This document shows, in pieces, positions 17,867 through 27,522 of a stretch of DNA of 34,822 bases (its first letter is position 1; each line of letters begins with the position of its first letter). The stretch spans positions 1-34,822 of the forward strand of contig JALTFF010000011.1 of NCBI GenBank assembly GCA_027007465.1, in the 5' to 3' direction. The notes beneath the pieces are model-generated. The model saw only the letters and a list, made by a program, of their open reading frames with translations. It was not told the DNA's origin and did not search any database. A program made the translations under genes and the position numbers. Source of the DNA: a bacterium. GTDB taxonomy: Bacteria; Patescibacteriota; Patescibacteriia; Patescibacteriales; JALTFF01.

Positions 17867-18499
17867 TTAGCTAGCCACTATAGTCACTAAACTATTTCTA
17901 TGTCCTGGAATAGCTCCTTTTACTTTAAGTAAATTATTATCTTTATCTATTTTAATAATTTCTAAATTTTTAACAGTAATTTTATTTCCACCTGTCCTGC
18001 CAGCCATTTTAGTCCCTTTAAAAACATGCGCCGGACCTGTAGCTCCAATAGAGCCAGGCATTCTTAATTGATCTTTATGCCCATGACTAGCTGGCCCACA
18101 TTTAAAATTATGTCTTTTAACAACCCCCTGGAAACCCTTACCTTTTGATCGACTTGATACATTAACTAAGTCACCTTCTTTAAAAATCCCTAAATTAATT
18201 ATATCTCCTACTTTATATTTATCATTTTCATTTGTTTTAAATTCCCTTAACCATCTTGGATATTTAATCTGGGAATTAATTTGGATAATTTTCTTTATCA
18301 TTTCTCTCTGTGGTTTTTTAACATTTTTTTCTTTTTTTTCACCATACCCAACTTGAACTGCATTATACCCATCCTTGTCCTGTGTCTTTATTTGTGTGAC
18401 AAAACAAGGTCCAGCTTGTATGCTTGTTACTGGAATAACTGTCCCATCATCCTGAAAGATCTGTCCCATTTCTATTTTTTTTCCTAAAATAAATTTCAT
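17867..18499 (-). CDS. rplC: 50S ribosomal protein L3
   Basis: Contains LGKKIEMGQIF.DDGTVIPVT and GKGFQGVVKRHNF...GSIGA...P..VFKG.KMAGR.G. Confidence 0.97.
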   Translation of the reverse strand: MKFILGKKIEMGQIFQDDGTVIPVTSIQAGPCFVTQIKTQDKDGYNAVQVGYGEKKEKNVKKPQREMIKKIIQINSQIKYPRWLREFKTNENDKYKVGDIINLGIFKEGDLVNVSSRSKGKGFQGVVKRHNFKCGPASHGHKDQLRMPGSIGATGPAHVFKGTKMAGRTGGNKITVKNLEIIKIDKDNNLLKVKGAIPGHRNSLVTIVAS

Positions 18500-18509
18500 A
18501 TAATCAAAA

Positions 18510-18530
18510 TACCGGGCAACTAGCCCGGTA
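18510..18530 (-). terminator. GC-rich terminator/attenuator-like hairpin 10 nt upstream of the rplC ATG
   Basis: The minus strand reads TACCGGGC-TAGTT-GCCCGGTA followed by TTTTGATTAT then ATG. This is an 8-bp stem (6 G:C), a 5-nt loop and a U-rich tail. Confidence 0.5.
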
Positions 18531-18723
18531 CAAAAGGCAGTTACTAATTTATATAATTTATTTGCTTTTAAAAAATATCATATAATAGTTAATGATATAT
18601 TTTACATAAATTGTAATAACTTGCTATCTCAATAATAATTTTCAATTTGAATTTACAGTATAAAAGTCAGAATTCTCATAAATGCTAAGAAAGAATCTAT
18701 TATAAGTTATAAACAAGCTCAGA

Positions 18724-18768
18724 AAGGAGTTCAACTCCTTCAAAATTTCAAAGGAGTTGAACTCCTTT
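18724..18768 (-). repeat. Two tandem near-identical palindromic hairpins (AAGGAGTT[C/G]AACTCCTT) just downstream of rpsJ
   Basis: 18724-18740 forms a 7-bp stem and 18750-18768 an 8-bp stem, each with a 3-nt loop, separated by CAAAATTTC. Related motifs occur at 4143-4167 and 9687-9716. Confidence 0.55.
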
Positions 18769-18792
18769 CATCTACTAATATTTTTAAGTCTT

Positions 18793-19152
18793 CTATATAC
18801 CATACTTTATCTCTATGTCAACACCAGCTGGAAGATTTAAATTGGTTAATGCGTCTATTACCTGATGCGTTGGCTCAATTACATCAATAAGCCTTTTATG
18901 TATCCTCATTTCAAATTGCTCCCTAGAATCTTTATGGACAAAGGTAGATTTATTAACAGTATATTTTTTCTTTTCAGTTGGCAACGGTATAGGTCCAAAA
19001 ATCTCAGCGCCATTACGTTGAATCGTTTCTATAATCATTTTGCTTAATTGACTTATAATTTTATGATCAAAAGCTTTTATTTTAATCCTTATTTTCTGTT
19101 TTACATCTTTTTGATCATTTTTAACTTTGTCCTTTTTATCTTCTGAATTCAT
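18793..19152 (-). CDS. rpsJ: 30S ribosomal protein S10 (short Lys-rich N-terminal extension)
   Basis: Contains [15 protein letters not shown]...[39 protein letters not shown]. Confidence 0.95.
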   Translation of the reverse strand: MNSEDKKDKVKNDQKDVKQKIRIKIKAFDHKIISQLSKMIIETIQRNGAEIFGPIPLPTEKKKYTVNKSTFVHKDSREQFEMRIHKRLIDVIEPTHQVIDALTNLNLPAGVDIEIKYGI

Positions 19153-19215
19153 TATACAAAAATATTAAATATTAAAATAATATACTAAAAATTATTTTAA
19201 ATTTTAAATCTAAAT

Positions 19216-20400
19216 TTATTTAATTATTTTTGTTACTACTCCAGCTCCTACTGTTTTGCCACCTTCTCTAATAGCAAATCTTTGCTTTTCTTCTAATGCT
19301 ACTGGAGTAATCAATTTTACTTTTAGCTTTACATTATCTCCTGGCATTACCATTTCTGTGCCTTCTTCTAATTCTATTTCACCAGTCACATCAGCTGTTC
19401 TTATATAAAATTGTGGCTTATAACCTTTAAAAAATGGCTTATGCCTCCCGCCTTCGTCTTTGGTTAAAATATAAACTTCTCCTTCAAATTCACTATGTGG
19501 CGTAATTGTGCCTGGCTTAGCTAATACTTGACCTCTTATGACATCTTCTTTTTTAATTCCTCTTAACAAAATACCATCATTATCTCCTGCCATTCCTTGG
19601 TCTAATGTTTTATTAAACATCTCAATTCCAGTAACAGTTGATTTTTGGACTTGTTTTAACCCAACTATTTCTACTTCATCATTTAATTTAACTATTCCTC
19701 TTTCAACTCTTCCAGTAACAACAGTTCCTCTTCCTTCAATAGAAAAGATATCTTCAATAGGCATTAAGAATGGCTTTTCAGTATCGCGTTTTGGCTCTGG
19801 AATTTGTTCATCCATTACCTTTAAAAGCTCTAAGACAGATTTAGCTTCTTCACCTTCTGGATTTTCCAAAGCTTTTAAAGCGCTTCCCCTAATAACTGGC
19901 ACATCTGATGGAAAATCATATTTTTTAAGTAAATCGCGCGTTTCCTCTTCTACTAAATCAATTAAATCTTTATCATCAACCATATCACATTTATTAAGAT
20001 AAACCACAATATAAGGAACGCCTACTTGTTTAGCCAAAAGAATATGTTCTCTTGTTTGAGGCATTGGTCCATCTGTTGCAGCAACCACTAAAATAGCTCC
20101 GTCCATTTGAGCCGCTCCAGTAATCATATTTTTAATATAATCAGCATGACCTGGACAATCAATATGAGCATAATGCCTTTTCTCTGTTTCATATTCAACA
20201 TGAGCTGTTGCAATAGTAATACCACGTTCTTTTTCTTCTGGCGCAGAATCAATCTGATCAACATTTTTTTGCGACGCTTTAAATCCTTTAGCAGCTAAAA
20301 CTTTAAGAATAGCTGCTGTTAAAGTAGTTTTGCCATGATCAATGTGGCCAATTGTTCCCACATTAATATGAGGTTTTTTTCTTTCAAATTTTTCAGCCAT
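19216..20400 (-). CDS. tuf: Elongation factor Tu
   Basis: Contains [21 protein letters not shown] and NKCD motifs. Full length, 394 aa. Confidence 0.98.
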   Translation of the reverse strand: MAEKFERKKPHINVGTIGHIDHGKTTLTAAILKVLAAKGFKASQKNVDQIDSAPEEKERGITIATAHVEYETEKRHYAHIDCPGHADYIKNMITGAAQMDGAILVVAATDGPMPQTREHILLAKQVGVPYIVVYLNKCDMVDDKDLIDLVEEETRDLLKKYDFPSDVPVIRGSALKALENPEGEEAKSVLELLKVMDEQIPEPKRDTEKPFLMPIEDIFSIEGRGTVVTGRVERGIVKLNDEVEIVGLKQVQKSTVTGIEMFNKTLDQGMAGDNDGILLRGIKKEDVIRGQVLAKPGTITPHSEFEGEVYILTKDEGGRHKPFFKGYKPQFYIRTADVTGEIELEEGTEMVMPGDNVKLKVKLITPVALEEKQRFAIREGGKTVGAGVVTKIIK

Positions 20401-20457
20401 AATTTTAAATATTAAATCCTTAAAATATTTTAAGAATTTAAATTTAATTATTATTAA

Positions 20458-20847
20458 TTATATTTCTTGATCTAAAATTGAATATTTTTTTCTTTGCTCT
20501 GGGATTGTCCATCTCTTCTCGCTTTTCTTAGTTTCTTCATTATCATCCTGAGATTTACCAACTTTTCTTAGTTTATCATATTCTATATTTTTGTCAAGAG
20601 AAAGTTCGCCTTTCTTTTCACTTTTTTCTGATAAGCCTTTCTCATTTTTCTTAATATCTGCAATATTATGATTTAGTTTATCAATAATTTTTATTTCTGT
20701 CAATCCTTGAATCTTATTGATAATTTTTTCATATTCTCCCAAGTCCATTATTACATAACCAGTCTTATTTTTATCATTGTCAAAAATAATAATTTTGTCA
20801 TTTGTTTTTTTTATTAAATCTATAGCTCTTTGTAATTGATTATCCAT
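20458..20847 (-). CDS. Hypothetical protein between fusA and tuf (N-terminus weakly Phd/YefM-like; acidic/Lys-rich tail)
   Basis: The ATG lies 5 nt after the fusA stop. The N-terminal ~45 aa (LQRAIDLIKKTNDKIIIFDNDKNKTGYVIMDLGEYEKIINK) follows the beta-alpha pattern of Phd/YefM antitoxin N-domains. That resemblance is judged by eye only. Confidence 0.5.
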   Translation of the reverse strand: MDNQLQRAIDLIKKTNDKIIIFDNDKNKTGYVIMDLGEYEKIINKIQGLTEIKIIDKLNHNIADIKKNEKGLSEKSEKKGELSLDKNIEYDKLRKVGKSQDDNEETKKSEKRWTIPEQRKKYSILDQEI

Positions 20848-20852
20848 AAATA

Positions 20853-22931
20853 TTATTTTTTTTCACCTTGTATTATTTCTTCTGCAATATTCTTAGGTGT
20901 TTCTTTGTATTGTAAAAATTCCATAGTATAACTCCCCCTACCTTGTGTAATAGATCTTAGTTTAGTAGCATAACCAAACATTTCTGATAAAGGAACTTTG
21001 CCTCTAATTATTTTAGTATTTCCTCTTTCTGTAATATTATCAATCTGTCCTCTTTTAGAATTAATATCGCCTATAACATCTCCCATAAATTCTTCTGGTA
21101 CAACAATTTCTACTTTCATAATTGGTTCTAATAACACTGGATCTGCCTTTTTGCAAGCAGCTTGAAAAGCTGATGAAGCAGCAATTTTAAAAGCTACTTC
21201 TGAAGAATCAACCTCATGATAAGATCCATCATAAACAGTTACTCTAAGATCTACCATAGGATAACCTGCAATTACGCCCTTATCCATAGCTTCTTTAGCT
21301 CCTTTTTTAATAGCTGGAATAAATTCTTTTGGGATTATCCCACCTTTTATTTTATCTTCAAACTCAAAACCTTTGCCTCTTTCTAATGGCTCAACTTTTA
21401 GCCAACAATGACCATATTGACCTCTACCGCCAGACTGCCTAATATATTTTCCTTCTGCTTGTTCTGCTTTTTTAATAGTTTCTTTATAGGCTACTTGTGG
21501 CTTGCCTACATTTGCTTCAACATTAAATTCTCTTTTCATTCTATCAATAATAATCTCCAAATGTAATTCACCCATTCCAGAAATAATTGTCTGCATTGTC
21601 TCTTCATCGCTTTTTACTCTAAAAGTTGGATCTTCTTCTGCTAATTTTGATAAAGCTAAGCTCATTTTTTCTTGATCAGCATTTGTTTTTGGTTCAATAG
21701 CAATTGAAATAACTGGATCTGGAAAAGTAATTGATTCTAAAATAACTGGACGTTCTTCAGAACATAATGTATCTCCTGTCACTGTATCTTTAAGTCCAAC
21801 AGTCGCAGCAATATCTCCACTGCTAATTTCCTTAATTTCTTCACGATGATTAGCATACATTCTAATTATTCTACCAATACGTTCTTTTTTACCTTTATTA
21901 GCATTTAAAACATAAGAACCAGCTTCTAAATGGCCTGAATAAACTCTAAAAAAACATAATTTTCCAACATAAGGATCTATAGCAACCTTAAATATTAAAG
22001 CTGCAAATGGCTCATTTTTATCAGATTTTATTTCTATTTTTTTTTCTTGATTTTTACTATCAAATCCAATAACAGGAGGAATATCTACTGGAGAAGGCAA
22101 ATAATTAACAATTGCATCAAGTAAAAATTGAACTCCTTTATTTTTTAAAGCACTACCACAAAGAATTGGCACGATCTGATTATTAATTGTCGCTTTTCTT
22201 AATTCTTGCTTTAATTCATCTAAAGTAATTTCTTTGTTAGATAAATATCTATTAGTTAATTCTTCATTATTTTCAACAATAGCTTCAACTAATTTTGATC
22301 TATACTCTTCTGCTTTTTCTTTAAGTTCTTGAGGAATTTCTACATTTTCTATTTTAATCCCTAAATCATCTTTATAAATACGGGCTTTCATCTCTAATAA
22401 ATCAACAATGCCCTTGAAGCCTGATTCAGTGCCAATTGGCAGTTGAATTGGATAAGCATTTTTAGTTAAACGTTGATGTATTGAATCTAAGTCAGCATAA
22501 AAATCAGCTCCCATTCTATCTAATTTATTTATAAAACAAATTCTAGGTATATTATATTTATCAGCTTGATGCCAAACAGTTTCTGATTGAGATTCAACTC
22601 CAGCTACTCCATCAAATACTATCACTCCACCGTCCAATACTCTTAATGATCTTTCTACTTCTGCTGTAAAATCTATATGACCCGGAGTGTCAATAATATT
22701 TATCATATGATCTTTCCAAAAGCAAGAAGTAGCAGCGCTAGTAATTGTAATGCCTCTTTCTTTTTCTTGCTCCATCCAATCCATTTCAGCTTCTCCATTG
22801 TGAACTTCTCCAATTTTATATTTTTTTCCAGTATAAAAAAGTATTCGCTCTGTAACAGTTGTCTTACCAGCATCTATATGAGCAATTATTCCAATATTTC
22901 TTATAATTTTGATTGGATATTCCTGACTCAT
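20853..22931 (-). CDS. fusA: Elongation factor G
   Basis: Contains [17 protein letters not shown] and NKLDR motifs. The start is chosen at [15 protein letters not shown] (22931), 4 nt after the rpsG stop. The longer ORF to 22955 would overlap rpsG. Confidence 0.96.
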   Translation of the reverse strand: MSQEYPIKIIRNIGIIAHIDAGKTTVTERILFYTGKKYKIGEVHNGEAEMDWMEQEKERGITITSAATSCFWKDHMINIIDTPGHIDFTAEVERSLRVLDGGVIVFDGVAGVESQSETVWHQADKYNIPRICFINKLDRMGADFYADLDSIHQRLTKNAYPIQLPIGTESGFKGIVDLLEMKARIYKDDLGIKIENVEIPQELKEKAEEYRSKLVEAIVENNEELTNRYLSNKEITLDELKQELRKATINNQIVPILCGSALKNKGVQFLLDAIVNYLPSPVDIPPVIGFDSKNQEKKIEIKSDKNEPFAALIFKVAIDPYVGKLCFFRVYSGHLEAGSYVLNANKGKKERIGRIIRMYANHREEIKEISSGDIAATVGLKDTVTGDTLCSEERPVILESITFPDPVISIAIEPKTNADQEKMSLALSKLAEEDPTFRVKSDEETMQTIISGMGELHLEIIIDRMKREFNVEANVGKPQVAYKETIKKAEQAEGKYIRQSGGRGQYGHCWLKVEPLERGKGFEFEDKIKGGIIPKEFIPAIKKGAKEAMDKGVIAGYPMVDLRVTVYDGSYHEVDSSEVAFKIAASSAFQAACKKADPVLLEPIMKVEIVVPEEFMGDVIGDINSKRGQIDNITERGNTKIIRGKVPLSEMFGYATKLRSITQGRGSYTMEFLQYKETPKNIAEEIIQGEKK

Positions 22932-22935
22932 AAAT

Positions 22936-23403
22936 TTATTTTGCAAAATGAGCAAAAGCTTTATTAGCTACTGCCATTTTATAAACATCTTCTTTCTTTT
23001 TTATAGCTGCTCCTTCATTATTTATAGCTGCAAAAATTTCATTGGCTAATTTTTCTTTCATTGATTTTCCTTTAGATTTTCTAGCAGCTTCTATTATCCA
23101 TTTACAGCCTAATGTAAATCTTCGCTCACTTTTTACTTGATAAGGAATTTGATAATGCACTCCTCCAATTTTTCTTGTCCGCACCTCTAATAATGGCATC
23201 ACCTGTTTTAAAGCTTTAGAAAAAATATGACGAGGATCTTGTTTTGTTTTTTCTTTAATAATATCAAAACAACCATAGACAATTTTTTCAGCTATGCTTT
23301 TTTTGCCATTTCTCATTACATAATTAATAAACTTAGCAATTTGAACATCATTATATTGTGAATCTCCTTTTATTTTTCTTTTTGGTGCTTGTTTACCTCT
23401 CAT
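22936..23403 (-). CDS. rpsG: 30S ribosomal protein S7
   Basis: Contains [20 protein letters not shown]...[18 protein letters not shown] and the ANKAFAHF terminus. Confidence 0.97.
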   Translation of the reverse strand: MRGKQAPKRKIKGDSQYNDVQIAKFINYVMRNGKKSIAEKIVYGCFDIIKEKTKQDPRHIFSKALKQVMPLLEVRTRKIGGVHYQIPYQVKSERRFTLGCKWIIEAARKSKGKSMKEKLANEIFAAINNEGAAIKKKEDVYKMAVANKAFAHFAK

Positions 23404-23465
23404 AATTATTATTTTATTTAATCTATAAATTTAAAGAATTATAAAAAGTTATCCTAAGTAAAAAA

Positions 23466-23885
23466 TTACTTTTTCTCTTTCTTGGTCCCATATCTTGACC
23501 TGCTCTGTTTTCTTCCTTCTACTCCTTGCGCATCATAAATTCCGCGCACTATTTTATATTTAACACCTGGTAAATCAGGTGTCCTGCCGCCTTTTACTAA
23601 AACAATAGAATGCTCTTGTAAATTATGTCCAATCCCAGGAATATAAGCTGTCACTTCCATGCCATTTGACAATCTTACTCTTGCAATTTTTCTTAAAGCT
23701 GAATTTGGTTTTTTAGGAGTTCTTGTAGTTACCTTTAAACAAACTCCTCTTTTAAATACATTCCCCTTTGGCACAACTCTAATTCTCCTATGAAGACTAT
23801 CTAAATTAGTTTTTAATGCCAATAGCTTTGATTTGTTTTTAATTTTTTTCCGTCCTTTGCGAACTAATTGATTAATTGTAGGCAT
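23466..23885 (-). CDS. rpsL: 30S ribosomal protein S12
   Basis: Contains [12 protein letters not shown]...[45 protein letters not shown]+Y. Confidence 0.98.
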   Translation of the reverse strand: MPTINQLVRKGRKKIKNKSKLLALKTNLDSLHRRIRVVPKGNVFKRGVCLKVTTRTPKKPNSALRKIARVRLSNGMEVTAYIPGIGHNLQEHSIVLVKGGRTPDLPGVKYKIVRGIYDAQGVEGRKQSRSRYGTKKEKK

Positions 23886-23927
23886 AAATATTATTAAAAT
23901 AAATCACGTATAATCGTGATATTTGCA

Positions 23928-23956
23928 ATCATATCAAAATATATTAAATAAGTCAA
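23928..23956 (-). promoter_or_regulatory. Promoter of the str/S10/spc super-operon (TTGACT-17 nt-TGaTATGAT) followed by a 5'-proximal leader hairpin
   Basis: The minus strand has TTGACT (23956-23951), a 17-nt spacer ending in TGA, and TATGAT (23933-23928). The hairpin ATCACG-ATTATA-CGTGAT (23920-23903) starts right about where transcription should begin. Confidence 0.6.
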
Positions 23957-24271
23957 ATCTATGTATAACGCCACCTAAAATGGACTCCGCAGACATTTTA
24001 AGAAATTGATTAAAGATTGATTTTTAAGTTGCGCTCAGAGCAGCTGTTCATCTTGTCATTGTATTATAAATTGCACAGGAGACAACTTGTTTTGAAAAGC
24101 GCAGTGTATCGTTCAGTGTTATAGAATATCAAATTTTAGCCTTGTAATTTGCTTTTTCTGTGAGCATATACCGTATTATCGCATATTGATAGACAGCCAA
24201 GAAACCTTTAATACCAAAGTTATTTACAATAAACCTCGTTAAATAGTAAAAATCTAATGGCGTAAATAGGT

Positions 24272-24309
24272 GATAAAAAGGCATAGACTCTATTGCCTGA
24301 TAGAGTCTA
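24272..24309 (-). terminator. Rho-independent terminator downstream of the M50 protease gene
   Basis: Perfect 10-bp stem TAGACTCTAT/ATAGAGTCTA (24284-24293 / 24300-24309) with a 6-nt loop. On the minus strand it is followed by TGCCTTTTTATC. Confidence 0.6.
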
Positions 24310-24390
24310 ATATGTATCTGGCGTTATGAGCTCAAAAAACCAAAGTTGAAGAAATAAAACATTAATCAATTATACTAAATTATCTTATAA

Positions 24391-25080
24391 TTAGAAAATC
24401 CCAATAATTAAACTAAATAAAAAAATTAGAGCTGGCCAGATTAAATCAAAAAACCCAAACATTACTAAGAACAAAATAATTAAAATGCCATAAGGCTCTA
24501 AACTGTGCATTCTTATCTGCCATTTAGGCGATAAAAACGTCATTAATACTTTTGAACCATCAAGGGGTGGGATAGGAATTAAATTAAATAACATTAAAAG
24601 TAAATTTATAAAGCAAAAAATAATCGCCATTACAAAAATAGTTGTGACAATTGAACCATGCATTTGAGATGATAAAAAATCATAATTACCTTTAAAAAAT
24701 CCAATAATTAAACTTTGCTTTAATGAAAACAATATTGGTGTAAAACGAGCTATTAATCCAGAAATCAAAGCTAAAATAAGATTCATTCCTGGGCCGGCTA
24801 TGGCTACTTTTAAATCGCCGAACTTAGGATCTCTTAAATTATATGGATTATATGGGACTGGTTTTGCCCAACCAATAATAAAACCCATTTTAGAAATAAC
24901 TAATAACAATGGCAAAATAATTGAACCAAAGATATCAATATGCGCCATTGGATTTAGGGTTAATCTTCCTGCGTCTTTTGCAGTGTTATCTCCTAATTTA
25001 TAAGCAGCCCAGCCATGCGCGTATTCGTGAAATATGGCAGATAATATAAGTGAGAAAATTGCAAATGATATTATTAGCAT
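24391..25080 (-). CDS. Site-2 protease (peptidase M50) family membrane metalloprotease
   Basis: HEYAHG (HExxH) in the first TM region and NLIPIPPLDGSKV (the second metal-ligand motif). Polytopic membrane protein. Confidence 0.85.
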   Translation of the reverse strand: MLIISFAIFSLILSAIFHEYAHGWAAYKLGDNTAKDAGRLTLNPMAHIDIFGSIILPLLLVISKMGFIIGWAKPVPYNPYNLRDPKFGDLKVAIAGPGMNLILALISGLIARFTPILFSLKQSLIIGFFKGNYDFLSSQMHGSIVTTIFVMAIIFCFINLLLMLFNLIPIPPLDGSKVLMTFLSPKWQIRMHSLEPYGILIILFLVMFGFFDLIWPALIFLFSLIIGIF

Positions 25081-25110
25081 AAAATCAAAATGGCTTTACA
25101 AATAATCCTC

Positions 25111-25139
25111 TTGATTATTTTATAAAACTATGATAAAGT
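25111..25139 (+). promoter_or_regulatory. Promoter for rpmB (TTGATT-17 nt-TGaTAAAGT)
   Basis: TTGATT at 25111-25116, a 17-nt spacer ending in TGA, and TAAAGT at 25134-25139, 30 nt before the rpmB ATG. Confidence 0.5.
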
Positions 25140-25168
25140 AGGACTAAATATATTTAATTTTTTATTTT

Positions 25169-25360
25169 ATGTCAAGAAAATGTGATATTTGTGGCAGATC
25201 TTCTCAGAAATCAGCCAAACGAAGCCACTCTAACATTAAAACAATAAAAAGGCAATACATTAATTTGCAGAGCAAGATTATAAATGGAAAAAAAATAAAA
25301 ATTTGCACTAAATGCTTAAGAACTCTTATTAAAAATAAGCAAATAAAATCAGCAGCTTAA
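25169..25360 (+). CDS. rpmB: 50S ribosomal protein L28 (Cys-containing form)
   Basis: Contains MSRKCDICGR....KRSHSNIKTIKRQYINLQ pattern of L28, plus second Cys pair CTKC. Confidence 0.9.
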   Translation: MSRKCDICGRSSQKSAKRSHSNIKTIKRQYINLQSKIINGKKIKICTKCLRTLIKNKQIKSAA

Positions 25361-25363
25361 TTT

Positions 25364-27511
25364 TTATTCTAAATGCGTTTGTTCTGCCTTAACTTTTATT
25401 ATTTTATATAATTCTGGCCAACTTTTAAATGTTGGATCTTGTTTTGATAAATCTTCCAATGCTTCTTTTGCTTGTTTAATTAAAAGATGATCAGATAAAT
25501 CAGCTATATTCAATTCTGAAAAACCAGCTTGAAGAGTGCCATAAATTTGCCCTGGCCCTCTAAATTTTAAGTCTTGTTCAGCTAATTCAAAGCCATTATT
25601 TGATTTAATTAAAGCGCTTAATCGTTCTAAGCTAGATGCATTAAGACTATCTGAAAATAAAAAGCAATAAGACTGCTCTGCCCCCCGACTTAATCTTCCG
25701 CGAAATTGATGAAGCTGAGCTAAACCAAACCTATCAGCTCCTTCAATAATCATAATATTAGCATTTGGAGCGTCAATTCCGACCTCAACAACTGAAGTTG
25801 AGATAAGAATTTTAATTTTATTAGCTAAAAATTTTTGCATTATTTCTTCTTTTTCTTGAATCTTTAATTTGCCATGTAATAATCCAATCTCTAAATCAGG
25901 AAAAAAATTCTTCTTTAATTTTTTATATTCTTCTTTTACTGATTTAACACCTAATTTGTCAGATGGTTCTATTAAAGGGCAAATAATAAACGCTTGCTTG
26001 CCTTTTTTAACTTGTTCTCTAACATAATTATAAGTATCTAATCTTTTATCTTCTGGAACAATAAATGTCTTAATTAATTTCCTTCCTTTTGGAAGTTCAT
26101 CTAAAATTGACAGGTCTAAATCACCATAAGCTACTAAAGCTAATGAACGGGGTATTGGTGTTGCTGACATTGAAAGAAAATGCGGCATTATCTTTTTAGC
26201 TTCTGTATCTTTAGAATTATTACCTTTAATAAAATTATAAGATTTGCTCCTAAGCTCTTTTCTCTGCTCTACACCAAAGCGATGCTGTTCATCAACAATA
26301 GCTAATCCTAAATTTTTAAATTTTGCATTTTTTTGAATAAGCGCGTGAGTGCCAATAATAAAATCCAACTCTCCATTTTTAATTAAATTAAGCATTTCTT
26401 TTTTTGATTTATTGTCTTTTCTAAATGGAGTTAATGAGACAATTCTCTGACTTTTAGTTAATAAGCCAATTTTAACCCCAAAATTACTTAACATTTTACT
26501 TATATTTTCAAAATGCTGGCGAGCCAAAATTTCTGTAGGAGCCATTAAAATTGTTTGATAACCTTGTAATATAACATTATAACTTGCTATAACAGCAACA
26601 ATAGTCTTGCCAGCTCCAACATCTCCTTCTAAAAGCCTATTCATTGGCTTTTGCTTTTTTAAATCAAGGATAATTTCCCAAATAGCTTTTTTCTGAGCTT
26701 TTGTTAATTCAAATGGCAAACTTTTAATAAATTGTTTAATTGGTTTTTGATGAAACTCAATAGATATCCCTTTATAAGACTGGATTTGTAATTTACTAAC
26801 TTGCGATTGAAGTTGAATTAGGAAAAGTTCATCAAATTTTAAACGCCTCCTAGCTTTTTCAATTTCATTTTTATTATCCGGAAAATGAACTTTAATTAAA
26901 GCTGATTGTAATCCTATTAAATTATACTTATTTCTCACTTCTTCTGGAAGCCAATCATTAATCTGTTCTATTGCTTTAATAACAGAGCTAATAACAAATC
27001 TTATTTGCTTTTGGGTTAAATTATAAGTTAAATGATAAATAGGAACTAATTCTCTTGTATGGACAATATCTTTCTCTGTAATATCCTGATTTTCAAGTTT
27101 ATGATATATTTTTTCCCAAGACGGAGACTTCATTTGTATTCCATAAAAATCAGTATCAACTTTCCCAGCTAAAGAAATAAAATCCCCTATCCTTATACTA
27201 TTTGTTAAAAATGGTTGGTTAAACCATAAAGCTTTAAATGATCCAGTATCATCACTAATCAGAGCTTCTGTGATAATAATTCTTTTTCTTAAACTTCTTT
27301 TATTAGAAATTAAATCAACTCGCCCTTGAATACTGGCTTTTGTTCCAGGTTTTAATTCACTTATTTTACTTACTTGAGAAAAATCATCATAGCGAAAAGG
27401 ATAATAATATAATAAATCTCTAACTGTCCTTATTCCTAAATTTTTCAATTTCTTTGCCTGGCTAGCTGCAACTTTATTAAGTTTAGAAATTGACGTATCT
27501 AATATAATCAT
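25364..27511 (-). CDS. recG: ATP-dependent DNA helicase RecG
   Basis: N-terminal wedge/OB region, then helicase motifs GDVGAGKT and DEQHRFG, and C-terminal QLHQFRGR. Confidence 0.93.
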   Translation of the reverse strand: MIILDTSISKLNKVAASQAKKLKNLGIRTVRDLLYYYPFRYDDFSQVSKISELKPGTKASIQGRVDLISNKRSLRKRIIITEALISDDTGSFKALWFNQPFLTNSIRIGDFISLAGKVDTDFYGIQMKSPSWEKIYHKLENQDITEKDIVHTRELVPIYHLTYNLTQKQIRFVISSVIKAIEQINDWLPEEVRNKYNLIGLQSALIKVHFPDNKNEIEKARRRLKFDELFLIQLQSQVSKLQIQSYKGISIEFHQKPIKQFIKSLPFELTKAQKKAIWEIILDLKKQKPMNRLLEGDVGAGKTIVAVIASYNVILQGYQTILMAPTEILARQHFENISKMLSNFGVKIGLLTKSQRIVSLTPFRKDNKSKKEMLNLIKNGELDFIIGTHALIQKNAKFKNLGLAIVDEQHRFGVEQRKELRSKSYNFIKGNNSKDTEAKKIMPHFLSMSATPIPRSLALVAYGDLDLSILDELPKGRKLIKTFIVPEDKRLDTYNYVREQVKKGKQAFIICPLIEPSDKLGVKSVKEEYKKLKKNFFPDLEIGLLHGKLKIQEKEEIMQKFLANKIKILISTSVVEVGIDAPNANIMIIEGADRFGLAQLHQFRGRLSRGAEQSYCFLFSDSLNASSLERLSALIKSNNGFELAEQDLKFRGPGQIYGTLQAGFSELNIADLSDHLLIKQAKEALEDLSKQDPTFKSWPELYKIIKVKAEQTHLE

Positions 27512-27522
27512 AAACTAAAAAC

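Noticed and set aside
19538-20002. 154-aa + strand ORF inside tuf. Similar antisense ORFs lie inside other r-protein, fusA and secY-region genes (e.g. 9729-9932, 10446-10700, 11334-11699, 12080-12265, 12496-12729, 12675-12995, 13840-14112, 16302-16484, 17498-17704, 18281-18487, 18865-19047, 20107-20298, 22677-22967).
   Set aside because: All lie antisense to unambiguous, highly conserved genes. Their translations are Ser/Phe/Leu/Ile-rich mirror images of Lys/Glu/Asn-rich proteins, and none has a recognisable motif. These are typical shadow ORFs in AT-rich DNA.
23957-24390. Possibility that the long spacer upstream of rpsL encodes RNase P RNA, tmRNA, SRP RNA or 6S RNA.
   Set aside because: I found no GAGGAAAGUCC / ACA[A/G]AA..GGCUUA P4 strands, no tRNA-like GGUUCGA T-arm or CCA end, and no GGAAG..AGCAGC SRP domain IV motif on either strand. 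GGAGTCCATTTTAGG is only a superficial resemblance to the P4 region. It is left as an unclassified candidate, not a known RNA.
25358-25366. Convergent rpmB and recG stop codons only 3 nt apart with no terminator hairpin between them.
   Set aside because: This is real in the sequence but ordinary for compact genomes, and there is no further structure to interpret.
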